Assembly: GCF_006345805.1 (NCBI RefSeq)
Contig: NC_043008.1
Span: forward strand, 71,920,001-71,984,000
Source of the DNA: Octopus sinensis
Taxonomy: Eukaryota
DNA length: 64,000 nucleotides
Direction of reading: 5' to 3'
The notes beneath the pieces are model-generated. The model ran no database searches. It saw nothing but the letters and a program-made list of their open reading frames with translations, and was not told the DNA's origin. This document shows, piece by piece, positions 1 through 12,324 of this stretch. The stretch's first letter is position 1, and each line of letters begins with the position of its first letter. The position numbers and the translations under genes are program-made.

Positions 1-770
1 ACTACTTGACTTCAAACTGAATATAACGGAAGAAGGTGAGATCCACACCGAGTTCTCCAGGAAAGCAGCCAGTAGAGATATGTTTGTCCAATACAGTTCA
101 GCGCTTCCAGAATAGGATACGCCTGAAATGAATTTGCACGCATCCAGTGTACGTGCAGCAGAACGGTGCTTCGTAGAGGACAAGGTGACCCACCTTACAC
201 GCTTCCTAGATATATTGAAAACCAACGGGTACGCTAGATCCATCGTAAATCGGCTTAAGTATTCAAGACGACCATCACGCCAAACATAGAAAAATCAGCA
301 ACACATGCTTCCTTAAAATACCTCATTTTAGTGAGAGGGTAACAACATCCATCCGAAAAGCCATAAAAAGAGAAGGGCTAGCATACAACTGATCCATTCT
401 GGCCCCTCTCTGAGAGAACAACTCGCAAAGAAACGAACAAAGGGACAACAATTAATGTACACTAACAAACCGTCCCATCCGTGACACAGATTTATGCCAA
501 CGGGTAACTGTTGTGTATAGAATACAATGTAACAAATGCAACAAGTTCTATGTGGGTAGCACAACAAGACCGTTATATGTCCGCATCAAAGTACATCTGA
601 ATACTAGAACCTCCTCCTTCAGAAAAAATCTAGACAGATGCCGGAACACTGACAAAAGTATAACAGTCATAATTAAGACCAATGAAATAAATTAGGGTAA
701 TTTCAGAATTAAGGAAGCTATACTCATACACAGACTAGGGCCCCAAATTAACAACAGGCTGGAGGTTGGC
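1..770 (+). mobile_element. Penelope-like retroelement 3' part (RT thumb/linker plus GIY-YIG endonuclease), decayed, cut by window start
   Basis: Manual translation gives LLDFKLNITEEGEIHTEFSRK...FLDILKTNGYARSIVNRLK (thumb/linker), then YRIQCNKCNKFYVGSTTRPLYVRIKVH (513-600, GIY-YIG-like) and FRIKEAILIHRLGPQINNR. Stops and frameshifts are present. Confidence 0.85.
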
Positions 771-1324
771 AATCGATATATTATTTAGCTACATCTGGAT
801 GCGTGTAGGTTAATTTTTGATAGTATGCACATCTGTAGTTTATGACAAGAAAACAAAAACCAAAAAAAAAAAAAATGAAAAGAGAAAAAAGGAGAAAAAT
901 GAAGATGCATGAATAATACGTAACTTAGAAGCAGCGCAACGGATGTACCAACACACACGAGATTTAAACATGGCCGACCTCACGCACTTTTCATGAGGAA
1001 TTCCGGAAGGTGCTTCATGAAACCACTGCTGAGACGCTTCAAATAAAAAGAAAATAATGAAAAAGAAAAGCCGTTGGAAAACCGATTATAGCAGTGATTC
1101 CATCTAAGAATATCTGAAGAAAGAATTTTTTTCCGAAATATCATATCAGACTATGGATGACTAAATTACAACAGGTATATAGCCCATTGTTTGTGTTATA
1201 GTGCATTGTTGTACCATTCAAAACTTTTTATTCTTTACAAACAATACACAATGCTTCAAGCGAACTACAATAGTTTCATATATATATAAACATATATATA
1301 TATATTATATATATATATAATATA

Positions 1325-1358
<34 letters not shown>

Positions 1359-1584
1359 CTATATATATATATGTGTATATATAATACATATATGAATATA
1401 TACATATATAAGTTCATGAAGAAGACAGGTTTGCTATTTATTATAGACAGAGTAGCAGAAGAAAATGAAGAACGAGAGGAAGTACTGGTCGTGATAGAGA
1501 TGGCAGATATAGTGGTGGTGGTGGTGGTGGTGGTAGATGTGTTTGTGGTGGTGGCAGTGGAGGTTGTGATAGAGGCCACCACAA

Positions 1585-1669
<85 letters not shown>

Positions 1670-1672
<3 letters not shown>

Positions 1673-1877
1673 TAGTATATTTTTTTATATCGTGCTTTCA
1701 CTTCACTACCGAGCACAGCTCTGTGTGCCTTTGTTGTGATGCTCTGATGGTTATTGTATGGAAAGTGTTCTGCGTAGGATGTGTGCGTGTCTAGTAGTGC
1801 AATTTTCTGTATGTTATATGTGTTTGTAAGTCCTGGTGTTTTTGTTATGTATTTGTCTGAATATTTTTTATCATGCC

Positions 1878-1878
<1 letters not shown>
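1670..1878 (-). mobile_element. 3' end of an R4/Dong-like LINE, flanked by (AAT)n
   Basis: The minus strand encodes DKYITKTPGLTNTYNIQKIALL..HILRRTLSIQ* (one frameshift), the C-terminal motif also seen at 48903-48985. It is followed by a short UTR and an (AAT)n tail. Confidence 0.65.
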
Positions 1879-1959
<81 letters not shown>

Positions 1960-1969
1960 ATTATTATTA

Positions 1970-2038
<69 letters not shown>

Positions 2039-2045
2039 TGTTGTT

Positions 2046-2113
2046 CAGGTCACTGCTTGGAATTGAACTCGGAGTCTTGGGGTTAGCAGCCCCACGCTTT
2101 TAATCACTACGCC
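2046..2113 (-). mobile_element. tRNA-derived SINE head followed by (AAT)n
   Basis: Minus strand reads GGCGTAGTGATTAA (A-box-like)...GGG-CTGCTAA-CCC...GAGTTCAATTCC (B box). A homologous copy lies at 33291-33358. There is no complete acceptor stem, so this is not a tRNA gene. Confidence 0.75.
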
Positions 2114-2390
2114 GTAAGCACTGTAAAAGTGCTCAGACTGTCAGGCCTGCAACCAAGCTTTTCAGGAGAGCCTTAAAGCCAGGAACTTTTCAGTACCACT
2201 TTGTATAATGTACTCGAGAATAATTACAGAAGACATGAAACTCAAGTAGCTGTCAGAATCTGATTCTAGTGTAGGCTATCCCTCCATGAGCACATGAATT
2301 GCCACTTCCAGAAATACTTGTGCGTGTGTGCGAGTGTGTGTGTGCGCGCGCGTGTGTGTGTGTGTTTGTTTTTGCGAGCGAAATACACAT

Positions 2391-2624
2391 GGGGGCAGTC
2401 GTGGCTGTGTGGTAAAAAGCTTGCTTCCCAACGACATGGGTCCCGCTTCAGTTCCACTGCGTGCCACCTTGGGCAAGTGTGTTCTGCCATAGACGCGGGC
2501 CGGTCACAGCCTTGTGAGTGGACGGAAACTGAATGAAACCCGACCGTATACGTGTATATGTATTTATGTGTGTATATACCTGCGTATAGCGTATACACAC
2601 ACACACACGCGCGCGCGCGCACAT

Positions 2625-2664
<40 letters not shown>

Positions 2665-2887
2665 TTACTTGTGTATATCTCTGTTGTGCCCCTCAATCGC
2701 TTGGTAACCGATGTTGATATGTTTATGTCCCCGTGACCTAACGGTTCGACAAAACAGACTGGTAGAATAAGTACTAGGCTTACAAAGATTAAGTCTTAGG
2801 GTGCCTTTCTTCGAATGAAACCCTTTATGGCGGTTCTCCAACATCGTCGCAGTGAAATGACTGAAACAAGTAACAGAATAAAATAAA
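2391..2887 (+). mobile_element. tRNA-derived SINE, near full length, with internal (TA)/(CA) microsatellite
   Basis: Head GTGGCTGTGTGGTAAAAAGC...CAGTTCCAC, body CCTTGGGCAAGTG, tail AAATGACTGAAACAAGTAA. Homologous to 21672-22150 and 24064-24435. Confidence 0.8.
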
Positions 2888-3346
2888 TTAACATCTATAT
2901 TTCCAGGACTGTGTGCGAATGTGTATGTATGTGTGCATGTTTGTTTGTGTGTGTATGTGTGTGTGTGAGAGAGAGAAAGTGCCTGTGTGTGAGTGTGAAT
3001 GCTTGTTTATGCTGAACGAATGAGAAAATAGCGTTGGGGTTCGCAATATATGTTATAGACAGGGGCCTAGCTAACAAGACTTTTCAAATCTGGCGCTTCT
3101 CCATTTGTTTTTTACTATGTAGTTACCAACATCAGTAGGTGTCAGTGTCATGGGCCAAGAAATCATTTCTGAAACATAAAATGAATGAATGTAGAATACA
3201 ATTACATGTAAATAAATAAACATTTCGCGCAATACAAGAGAAATGAGTTTAAAAATATGCGATATGTCGCATGGTGCCTTCTTTCATGTGCTCACTATCC
3301 CTAAATATAGAACATGACCACACCACTACAACTTGTAGAGAATATT

Positions 3347-3968
3347 CAGTTATCCCTCGAATATCGCGGGTGTTACGTTCCAGAAGCCCTCGCGACATGT
3401 GAAAATCCATGAGGTAGAAACAATACTGTACTGTATATTTTTTGTAATTACATTTATAACTTACTAGCAGTATCGCCCGGCGTTGCTCAGGTTTGTAAGG
3501 GAAATAACTATAAAGCATTTTTAGAGAGTTATAGCCAAAAAATAGAAAAAAATGGGAAAAAATGATGGTAAATTTTTTTTTGGAGATTTAAAAAAGGTGG
3601 AGTTGCGTCCCCTAGACAGTTTGTGGTTCGTGTTTCTGATTCTCGACCCCATGTCGAATTTATCGATTTTTTTCAGAACTGGGGGAACTTTCAAAATTTT
3701 CGCTGCGTTAGTTTTGAATTATGACATTGGGCTATGTGTGTGTCAAGTTTCATCAGAATCGGTTGAAAGCCGTGGTCGGGGTGAGGGTACAAGCAAACAG
3801 ACACACAGAAACACGCACAGACAAACTGCCGTTTATATATAGAGAGATATATATTTATTTTATTATAAATGCAAAACAACATCTGGGAGGAATCGATACA
3901 AGCTTAAGTAATAAACCGTGATAGGTTGACCGCGATAGGTTGAACCGTCATATGGTGAGGAATTACTG
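3347..3968. mobile_element. Tigger/pogo-type MITE interrupted by a Helitron
   Basis: Left end CAGTTATCCCTCGAATATCGCGG; right end CCGTCATATGGTGAGGAATTACTG|TA, which reads CAGTAATTCCTCACCATATGACGG as reverse complement. About 238 bp remain once the nested insert is removed. Confidence 0.7.
3464..3847 (-). mobile_element. Complete non-autonomous Helitron (384 bp)
   Basis: The minus strand starts TCTCTCTATATATAAAC and ends CTGAGCAACGCCGGGCGATACTG-CTAG (subterminal hairpin plus CTAG). It sits at an A|T site (a3463|t3848) with no TSD. Confidence 0.8.
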
Positions 3969-5939
3969 TACTAACTTTTATTGAAATTAAACAAAGACTT
4001 TCTTCTGACTCAAGTTTCAATTTCAATAAAATTCGAACGTATATGTATAAAACATACTAGAGGATATGCTAATTCTATATGAACATAAGTGTTATATATT
4101 ATGAATATATATAATTGATACGTACATATAAGGATACATATATTTAATATATACACCTATTTATATGAATAGTCACAGAGAACGTACACACACACAGACA
4201 CACACATGCACAGGTACACATACACTAATACACAAATATATGTCTATAGATTGACAGATGCAAACGAGTACAAGAGAGATGCTTCGAGAAATAAACAGCT
4301 GCATATGTGTTTCATACTCAGAAACACACCCGCACACGCACGCACTAACACGTTATTCTTGGAGATACAATGCCTACAGTATATAGGTAACTCGAATCCG
4401 ATTCAAGACAGCTGGTAGTATTCGTTGTCTTCAGCAATTCTTGTCGAATATAGACTGTAGAACATTTATAAAATTCATTTTTGTTTTCATTTGGCATTCT
4501 GCAGCATTGAAGTTAAGTACATACATATATACATACATACATACATACATACATACATACATACATACATACATACATACATACATGTATACACATATAC
4601 ATTTATGAATATATTTATATGTGCGATATATAATATAAAACTACACACACACACATACACACACACATATACAAATAATATATACACGTATATTTACATA
4701 TATATGTTGATAGTGTGTGCTTGTGTGTATCTAGATGCACATATTTATGTTTCTATTCATAATGTACAAGTGTATGTATATAATATATGTAGCGAATCAT
4801 GTTGGAAATATATTAAAAGCTTAAATAATATCAATGCTGAAATAAATTCCTATGACTGTCTTGCCGATTTCTTCCATTTGTTGTAAGGTTCCCTCCGAGA
4901 AAATACCCCAACATACAGATATGAACCCATCACCATCACGAAATTATATTTTGTAAAAGCATAGTAGAAATGAATTCTCTAGTGAACTGCCTCAGCAGTT
5001 TTCAATTTTCCGCTTCAGCGAGGAAACACATGTGTATTTTAGCCAGGGTGAGTACTTTCCTGATAAAATCATTGCTGTTACTGATGTTAATACGAAACAG
5101 CTCCAAGATAGAAAGAAAAAAAATCCGAAAGACGGAATATGTGGTCCAGAGATAATGGAAATAAAAATATATAAATAACAATGCATAAATTAATTATCTT
5201 CACATTTATGTTTGCATAGATTGATACGGGCAGTGAATTATATGCATATCCCACATTTTATACACACCCACACACACATCCATACACACACAAGCAAATT
5301 CACGCAAACATATATATGTACCAATGTATACATATATATCTATATGTATTTATATATTGAGATATATATCTACACACACACACATATATATACATATGTA
5401 TTTGTATTTATATCTATTTATGTATTGATGTCTATGCGCATGAGTTTGTGTATTAGTCTGTGTTTGTATATATACATATATATGTGTATATATATATATA
5501 TACATATATATGTTTATGTATATATATATATACACATATATGTGTGTGTATATATATGAATATATATATATATATATTACATACGCACACGTTTTTTTAC
5601 ATATATACATGTATATATAAATGCACCTATACAAACACAGATACATCAATATGCACTAAACCTCTGCCAGATTTACAAATAAATGACGTCTATCCATAGT
5701 TAGATGGTCTCTAAATATAAACGCCTACATATGTAAACATCTCTGAATATACCTACTCATATACACAGATACGCAAAGGATAAAGAAAATATACACATAC
5801 ATACGTACATACATATGTATACATGTTTATATATATGTGTATACATATATATATATATATATATATACTATTTATATGCATATATCCGTAAATATTATAT
5901 ATATATGTATATAAACATTATGTATGCGTGTATATATAC

Positions 5940-6011
<72 letters not shown>

Positions 6012-6050
6012 TATACACGCTTACATATATAAATATGTGTGCAAATATAT

Positions 6051-6092
<42 letters not shown>

Positions 6093-6811
6093 TTCTATGT
6101 ATGTGTATATATGTCTGCGAGTGTATGTATATTTATCTATCATCTATCTATACACACGCACACAGACACACACACGCACACAGACACACACACGCACACA
6201 GACACACACACGCAAACACACATATATACTTATGAAGATAAAGCTGGTGGGCAAAAAGCTAAAGAAGAATCCACTCACTCGAACACAAGTAGAAAATCAA
6301 GGAAAAAAAATAGCAACAGGAAAACATCGTCAAGTGTAAGAAAATTAGTTGTAAAAAATATTTTGAATAACACAATAAAACGATGTAAAACAATGATGAG
6401 AATCGATAGTCACTTTGTAAGATGAGTTTAAATTAGATTAGAAGTGAAAAATGGTAGCAGAGAATGGCAATGTAAAGCTAACGAAATATATAAACTCAAA
6501 TGAGGGCTTTGTTTGTTGGCAAAATTAAGTATGCTTCAGAGATTTCTAATGTTAAGAGAAAAAGAAATATTTTTTTTGTTAAAATATCTATTGTAGTTTT
6601 TAGTTTTAATTTTATATCATTTTCATATTAGTATTGTTGTTGTTGTTATAGTTCCACATCACCTTCTCCTTCTTCTTCTTCTTCTTCTTCTTCTTCTTCT
6701 TCTTCTTCTTCTTCTTCTTCTTCTCTTCTTCTTCTTCTTCTTCTTCTTCTTCTTCTTCTTTCTTCTTTTCTTCTTTTCTTCTTCTTCTTATTATTATTAT
6801 TATTATTATTA

Positions 6812-6851
<40 letters not shown>

Positions 6852-6925
6852 GACATCATGATAAATTTCGTCACCACGATGGTGGCCGTTGCCCTCCTCA
6901 TCGTCATCACCATCATGACCACCAC

Positions 6926-7001
<76 letters not shown>

Positions 7002-7521
7002 GTTATTATTAATATTAGAGGTTATTGTTGTTGTTAATATGATATAGATATTATTGTTATTATTCTTAAATCCGTCCGATTCTTTTTATGAAGTTATTCA
7101 TGTCGTCGTTGCTAATTTTGTCTCAGACTTGCATAGGGTGGTGGTGGTGGAGGTGGAGGTAGTTGTTGTGTTAGTGGTGGTGGTGATGGTGGTACTGTTG
7201 GTGGTGTGATGTTGGTGGTGATGGTGGTGGTGGTGGTGGTTGTAACGGTGATGGTGTTGGCGCTGGAGTTGGCGGCAATTCAACGGCGGCGGTGGTTGTG
7301 ATAGTGTTCGTCGTATACATAGTGAAGGTTGTATCTGGATTCGTCTGTTGAAGATTCTTCTCAAAATTTGAACGAGTTTTATTATTCTTTGCGTTATTCA
7401 TTTTTTTACGTTTTGTAAATGCTGAAATGATATGTGCAAGTATATATATATGTGCATTTATATGCATAGAAACATACATAGGTATATAAATATATACATA
7501 CATATATAATATATATATATA

Positions 7522-7575
<54 letters not shown>

Positions 7576-7697
7576 TAACATGTGTATGATATAATATATA
7601 TATATATCTGTCTCCCATAACGAACATTACAGTATATGTATATATTTATATTGCGTACGTGTATATGCATGTGTTTCTGTTTGCGTGTGTGTGTGTA

Positions 7698-7729
<32 letters not shown>

Positions 7730-8278
7730 TATCATGTTACATTATAATAATGCAATTTTCTGTTCCTACTTTGTTCATTTAATTTTGCTACTGTATATTT
7801 TCTTCAGAATGCAAATATTCATTACAATTTCCCATTATCATAAATTTTCTTACACAAACGTTTTGCTAGTACCTACATTGAAACACGTGTAAAACCGACA
7901 AAAGTTACGGAATACCACGGCATGAATAATTTATTTCAATAATACATAGAAATGGGAAAGAGGATATAGAGAAGAATGGAGAGCAAGAGAGCGAAAGATA
8001 GATAGACATATAAATAGATAAAGAGAGAGGGGTAGAGAGGGCGAAAGAGAGGAAAGAGAAAGAGAAAGTGGTTAGAATTACCAAATTTTCATAATTTATT
8101 ATCATCATTTGTATCACAAAAGACAAGCTCCATAAGTCAGTAATAAAGAAATAACTATTCCATTTAAATTATTAGTAGTTAATCTTTGATAAGTTATTTG
8201 TTTTGTTCATTGTCATGCAGCCATGCTGGGGAACCAATTTCAAGTGTTTAGTGGAACAAATCGTCCCTAGTAATCATA

Positions 8279-9006
8279 TCTATAAAAGGGATGTGTGTGC
8301 GTGTGTGTGTGTGTACGTGATTGTAATTTCTGCACGTCCACAAATTAGCACACATGTCGCTCCAATTTTAGGAGGGCGATTTTCAACACTCTATCTGGGT
8401 TTTGTCAACTTATTGTTTCCCCGAGGCACCCGTGGGTAGCGTAAAAATCAATTTTCAGTCATATCTTTTAGCCACGAAAAATATCAGCCTTGGCTTTTTT
8501 GATGGCGTCTAACAAACCAAAAGATAAAGAAAAGTCGAAGAAGGAGGCAGAAAGTTTCACGGGAAATACAAAGTGAGAGAGGGAGAGACAGAGAGAGTAA
8601 GTTATGACGTTCACAAAAAATAAAATGTAAATTGATTTGTTTTTTTTTGTTTTTAAAAGACACTATATTTTATAATCATAGTATATATACTTTAGTGAAA
8701 TCGTGCGAGCGTTAATCTACAAATTTAACAACATTTTTTCCATTCATTTCTGTTTATGAACATGTATGCGTGCACAAAACATGCAATAGGTGCACGTACG
8801 TACGTGTGTGTATGTGTGTTCGTGTCTGTTGCCCATATATATTTATATTATATTATATATATATAATATATATATATAATATAACTAATTTCAACGAATT
8901 TCGCCCAAATTTGACGTCTATATTACTTAGTTTGTTTTGAAATAAAGAACTTGATTAGCTTAATAATCGTAACTTAATCCCGAGCAAGGCCGGGTTATAC
9001 TGCTAG
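8279..9006 (+). mobile_element. Non-autonomous Helitron-like element
   Basis: Clear 3' terminus CCCG-AGCAAGGC-CGGG-TTATACTG-CTAG|T at 8979-9006. The putative 5' end A|TCTATAAAAGGGATGTGTG at 8279 is less certain. Confidence 0.55.
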
Positions 9007-9038
9007 TATTGTTTTAAAAGTCTAGTGCTAATTTAATC

Positions 9039-9182
9039 GGTCTACCAAATTCATTCACAAATCTTTAGTCAACCCGGGGCTACAGCAAAATCACATCATC
9101 AGAGTTCCACAGTTGATAGAATCCGAAACCTTGTCGTTAAGGAGCCCTGTTTTTTTACCAAGCAATCACAACTGCACCTATG
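9039..9182 (-). mobile_element. SINE 5' fragment (family of 2391-2887)
   Basis: Reverse complement of the SINE head and body (..GGTCTACCAAATTCATTCACAAATCTTTAGTCAACCCGGGGCTAC..). Confidence 0.6.
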
Positions 9183-9570
9183 AGAAACATTTCTTGCTTG
9201 TTTTATTTTCTCCTACAACTTTGTTTAGGTCAAATTTCGGAAGAGCATTATCAGTATTGAACTAAGAAGAATGTTGAATGCAGATGATATACGGAATGAA
9301 GTAACCTGGCGATAAATGTTATAACAACATTATATTCCAAACAAATATGTCTAATTAAGTTAATAATGAACGGCAGCGTTTAAAGATTAGTTACACGAGT
9401 TGGTGTAAATGGTAAGCGAAGACAAAGAAATGTGGGTTCGAGTTCCACACGTACGGGAAAAGTGACTTCTTTTCTTTTTACCTTCGAAGCCTTATATGTC
9501 CGTTATTAGACTATTTTCTTTGGTCATTACACTGCGATCGCTTATAAAATACTATTATTACCCCCAACCC

Positions 9571-9643
<73 letters not shown>

Positions 9644-10226
9644 TGTGTTTAGACAGGTTTAATAGAGGGAACCACCTTCAAGCAACTCAATCGACATTGA
9701 ACGACATTATCTATGATAGAGATATATAAGATTAAATATTATCAACGTAATTACTGCAATTACTAATCTGATTCATATACATTAAACTAAGCGCGTTTCA
9801 TGACAATAAATTATTATAATTAACTATATATGAGTTTGTATATATACACACTCATTCTCTATATTTGTTAGTGATGTCCAAATACATACAACTAGCCATT
9901 CTATGTTATTTCTCGTCACATTCAATTAGGTAAATTTCACAGGTCATAAATGTGTTCTCCATAAATCTAAGTCACTTGGTTACTGGTTATAAGTATACAC
10001 GACTGGTGTGGTGATGATATCTATTAAGGTAGAAACACGTGTCAACGGTTATCGTTTTATCTTCAATTAAAACGCTTATCCCTTTCCATAATGATACGTC
10101 AACTATCGAGCAAAAGAATAAGGAAAATAGAAAAGATAAAATATAAACCCCGAAGCAGTTATCTTATCTAAAGAAGAATATTCACCCTCTCTGTCAGCGC
10201 ATAGAGTTACTCTGTCTCTTACACTC

Positions 10227-10259
<33 letters not shown>

Positions 10260-10434
10260 GGTTCTCTGGTCCTCTGTCTCCCGCTCTTACTCTGTAAATA
10301 GTATATGTAGCAGATTTAGTTCCTAGTCAAGTGACAATGTGAACTATATAGAACTTTTCAACCTTGAGATATTTTCGTTTCCTCGTATGGGCAAGGGAAA
10401 TTATGATCGTCATTCTTATTTGGTAACAAAGACA

Positions 10435-10650
10435 CATTTTATTCTACTCTAGGCACCAGACACAAAATTTCGAGGGACGGGGCCAGTCGATTAGATCGAT
10501 CCTAACAGGCAACTGGTACTTAATTTATCGGTCTCGAAAGACTGAAAGGCAAAGTTGACCTCGGCGCAATTTGAACTCGGAACGTAAAGAGACGAAATAC
10601 TGCTAAGCATTTCACTCGGCGAGCTAACGTTTCTGTCAGTTCGCCGCCTT
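10435..10650 (-). mobile_element. tRNA-derived SINE, second family
   Basis: Minus strand AAGGCGGCGAACTGACAGAAACGTTAGC...GAGTTCAAATTGCGCCGAGGTCAACTTTGCC...GATAAATTAAGTACCAG. Homologous to 54055-54230. Confidence 0.75.
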
Positions 10651-11639
10651 AGTACCAACGACACATGGTCTACAGGCTGAGATAGTTTTAATAAATCAAA
10701 GTTGTATTTCGTATGGTATTTGATATACCACTATTAGCTTACGTCGTTCAAATACGCGCCACTGCCATTCTGAGTTATCTGAGTTATTTAGCTCACATTT
10801 GTTGATATAGACAGACACATATATATCTGTAAATATATAGATATAGGTATACAATTATCTGTCTATCTCTGTTTATATAATTTGTGTGTGTGTGTGTATG
10901 TGTGTGTGTATGTGTGTGTGAATGCATATGTGTATACATGGAGAACACAATGAAGAATGGAGAGTTACATATCTTCAATTAATAGTTTGCAACATAAAAT
11001 GCCGACACATGTTTCTGTAATGCAATTGATTACAATACTATGTAGACCCAAAGATATACGCGAGCATAGGAAGACAGGAAAGAAATAAATTTATCAGCAG
11101 TAAACTTAAACGTAGTGACAGCAGATTTCCATTGGTATAAACTTTAAATTGAATGGGAGTAAATCTGTAATTGGTTGATCTACATTTTAAATTTTATTTT
11201 CCGACTGCTCGATATAGTTAATCACATTCGTTGAGAGGGAAAAAAACGAAAGGAGAACGAAAAAGCGGAGAGAGAAAAATGTATTTGTATTAGTGGTTCA
11301 ACATGATGAAATGAGCGGAAGAAAGTGGCTGAATGAAAGGGAGATAATAACGGTAATCCGTCAGAACTAACGTGCGCAAGAGCATCTGTGTATGTAAGAA
11401 CGGTGAATGAGTGTGTATGTGAGAGTGAGGGCGGGCGCATATGAATGTATTTGAGGGCGATCTTAAAATTATGTGGGCTTCTATGTGCGCATGGGAGCGT
11501 GTGTGTATGTATATAAGTAACCCATTGCATACAGTGTGGAGCGATGTTTTTCGGGTATTTATGTATAGGTGTGTGTGTGTGTGTGTGTGTGTGTGAGCGT
11601 ATGGTCATATGTATAGGTGTGCTGAGGGTACTGCGTTAG

Positions 11640-12245
11640 GTGGTGTGAAGGTGTGGGAGTGGAGGGAAATGATAGATAAAGATAGGAGGTATGTGGGGAT
11701 ATGTGCGAGGTTGGTTTTTAAATGAAAAGAAGTTACGAATTAAGAGCAAAGTAATGAAGAGTGTAGATCAATATTGGTTCAGGGTGGAGGCGGGTGTTCG
11801 GGTGGCATCTGTGCAAAGACAGTTTGAACACAGATAGCCGTAGTGATTGATCGGCGGAGTGGATGTGGTGCGAGATCGGCGACAGAGGGGTTGTGGGCAT
11901 TGCAAGAGAATTCGAGGGCAGGCTGGAAGGACTGGACAAAGGAGAGGAAGTTGTCAAGATGTTCGCGGAAGGGTGAGGTCGTTCTGATACGCTCATCGAT
12001 ATAACGATCTTATATGTCAGGAGGGATAGGACCAGTGAACTGTGAGCTTATTTAACTTAGCCGCCAAACAGGTACGCATAGATGGGGCCCAGTCTTGTTC
12101 CCATGGCCACTCCCGAGACATGATGGTAAAATTCTCCCGCGAACGAGATGCAGTTGAGTGAGAAGGACGAGTTTAGCCAAACCAAGAAGAGTGGGGACGT
12201 CAGAATGAGGGTTTGGTCGAAGGTCCAGATAATGTTTCAGAGCAA
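11640..12245 (-). mobile_element. Penelope-like reverse transcriptase fragment, decayed
   Basis: Minus-strand frames give ALKHYLDLRPNP...TLLGLAKLVL..., GxxxG-NKTGP-like motif B, DRYIDE (YIDD catalytic motif, degenerate) and REHLDNFLSFVQSFQPALEFSC. Confidence 0.75.
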
Positions 12246-12267
12246 GATTACATACATACACACACAC

Positions 12268-12324
<57 letters not shown>

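Noticed and set aside
985-1050. Possible hammerhead in the 3' region of the first Penelope fragment (TTTTCATGA...TCATGAAAA stem, GAGAC)
   Set aside because: A 9-bp stem exists, but no CTGANGA and GAAA pair with correct spacing could be assigned.
2046-2113. tRNA-Ser(GCT) gene
   Set aside because: It lacks a full acceptor stem and the long variable arm, and it is repeated with a different loop (ACT) at 33291, so it is SINE-derived.
4373-4462. pre-miRNA-like hairpin (CTACAGT.TATA...TATAGACTGTAG)
   Set aside because: Only the outer 12 bp and a short inner stem pair; the middle is largely unpaired.
9398-9452. tRNA gene (A and B box-like motifs)
   Set aside because: There is no anticodon arm or cloverleaf; at most it is a SINE head remnant.
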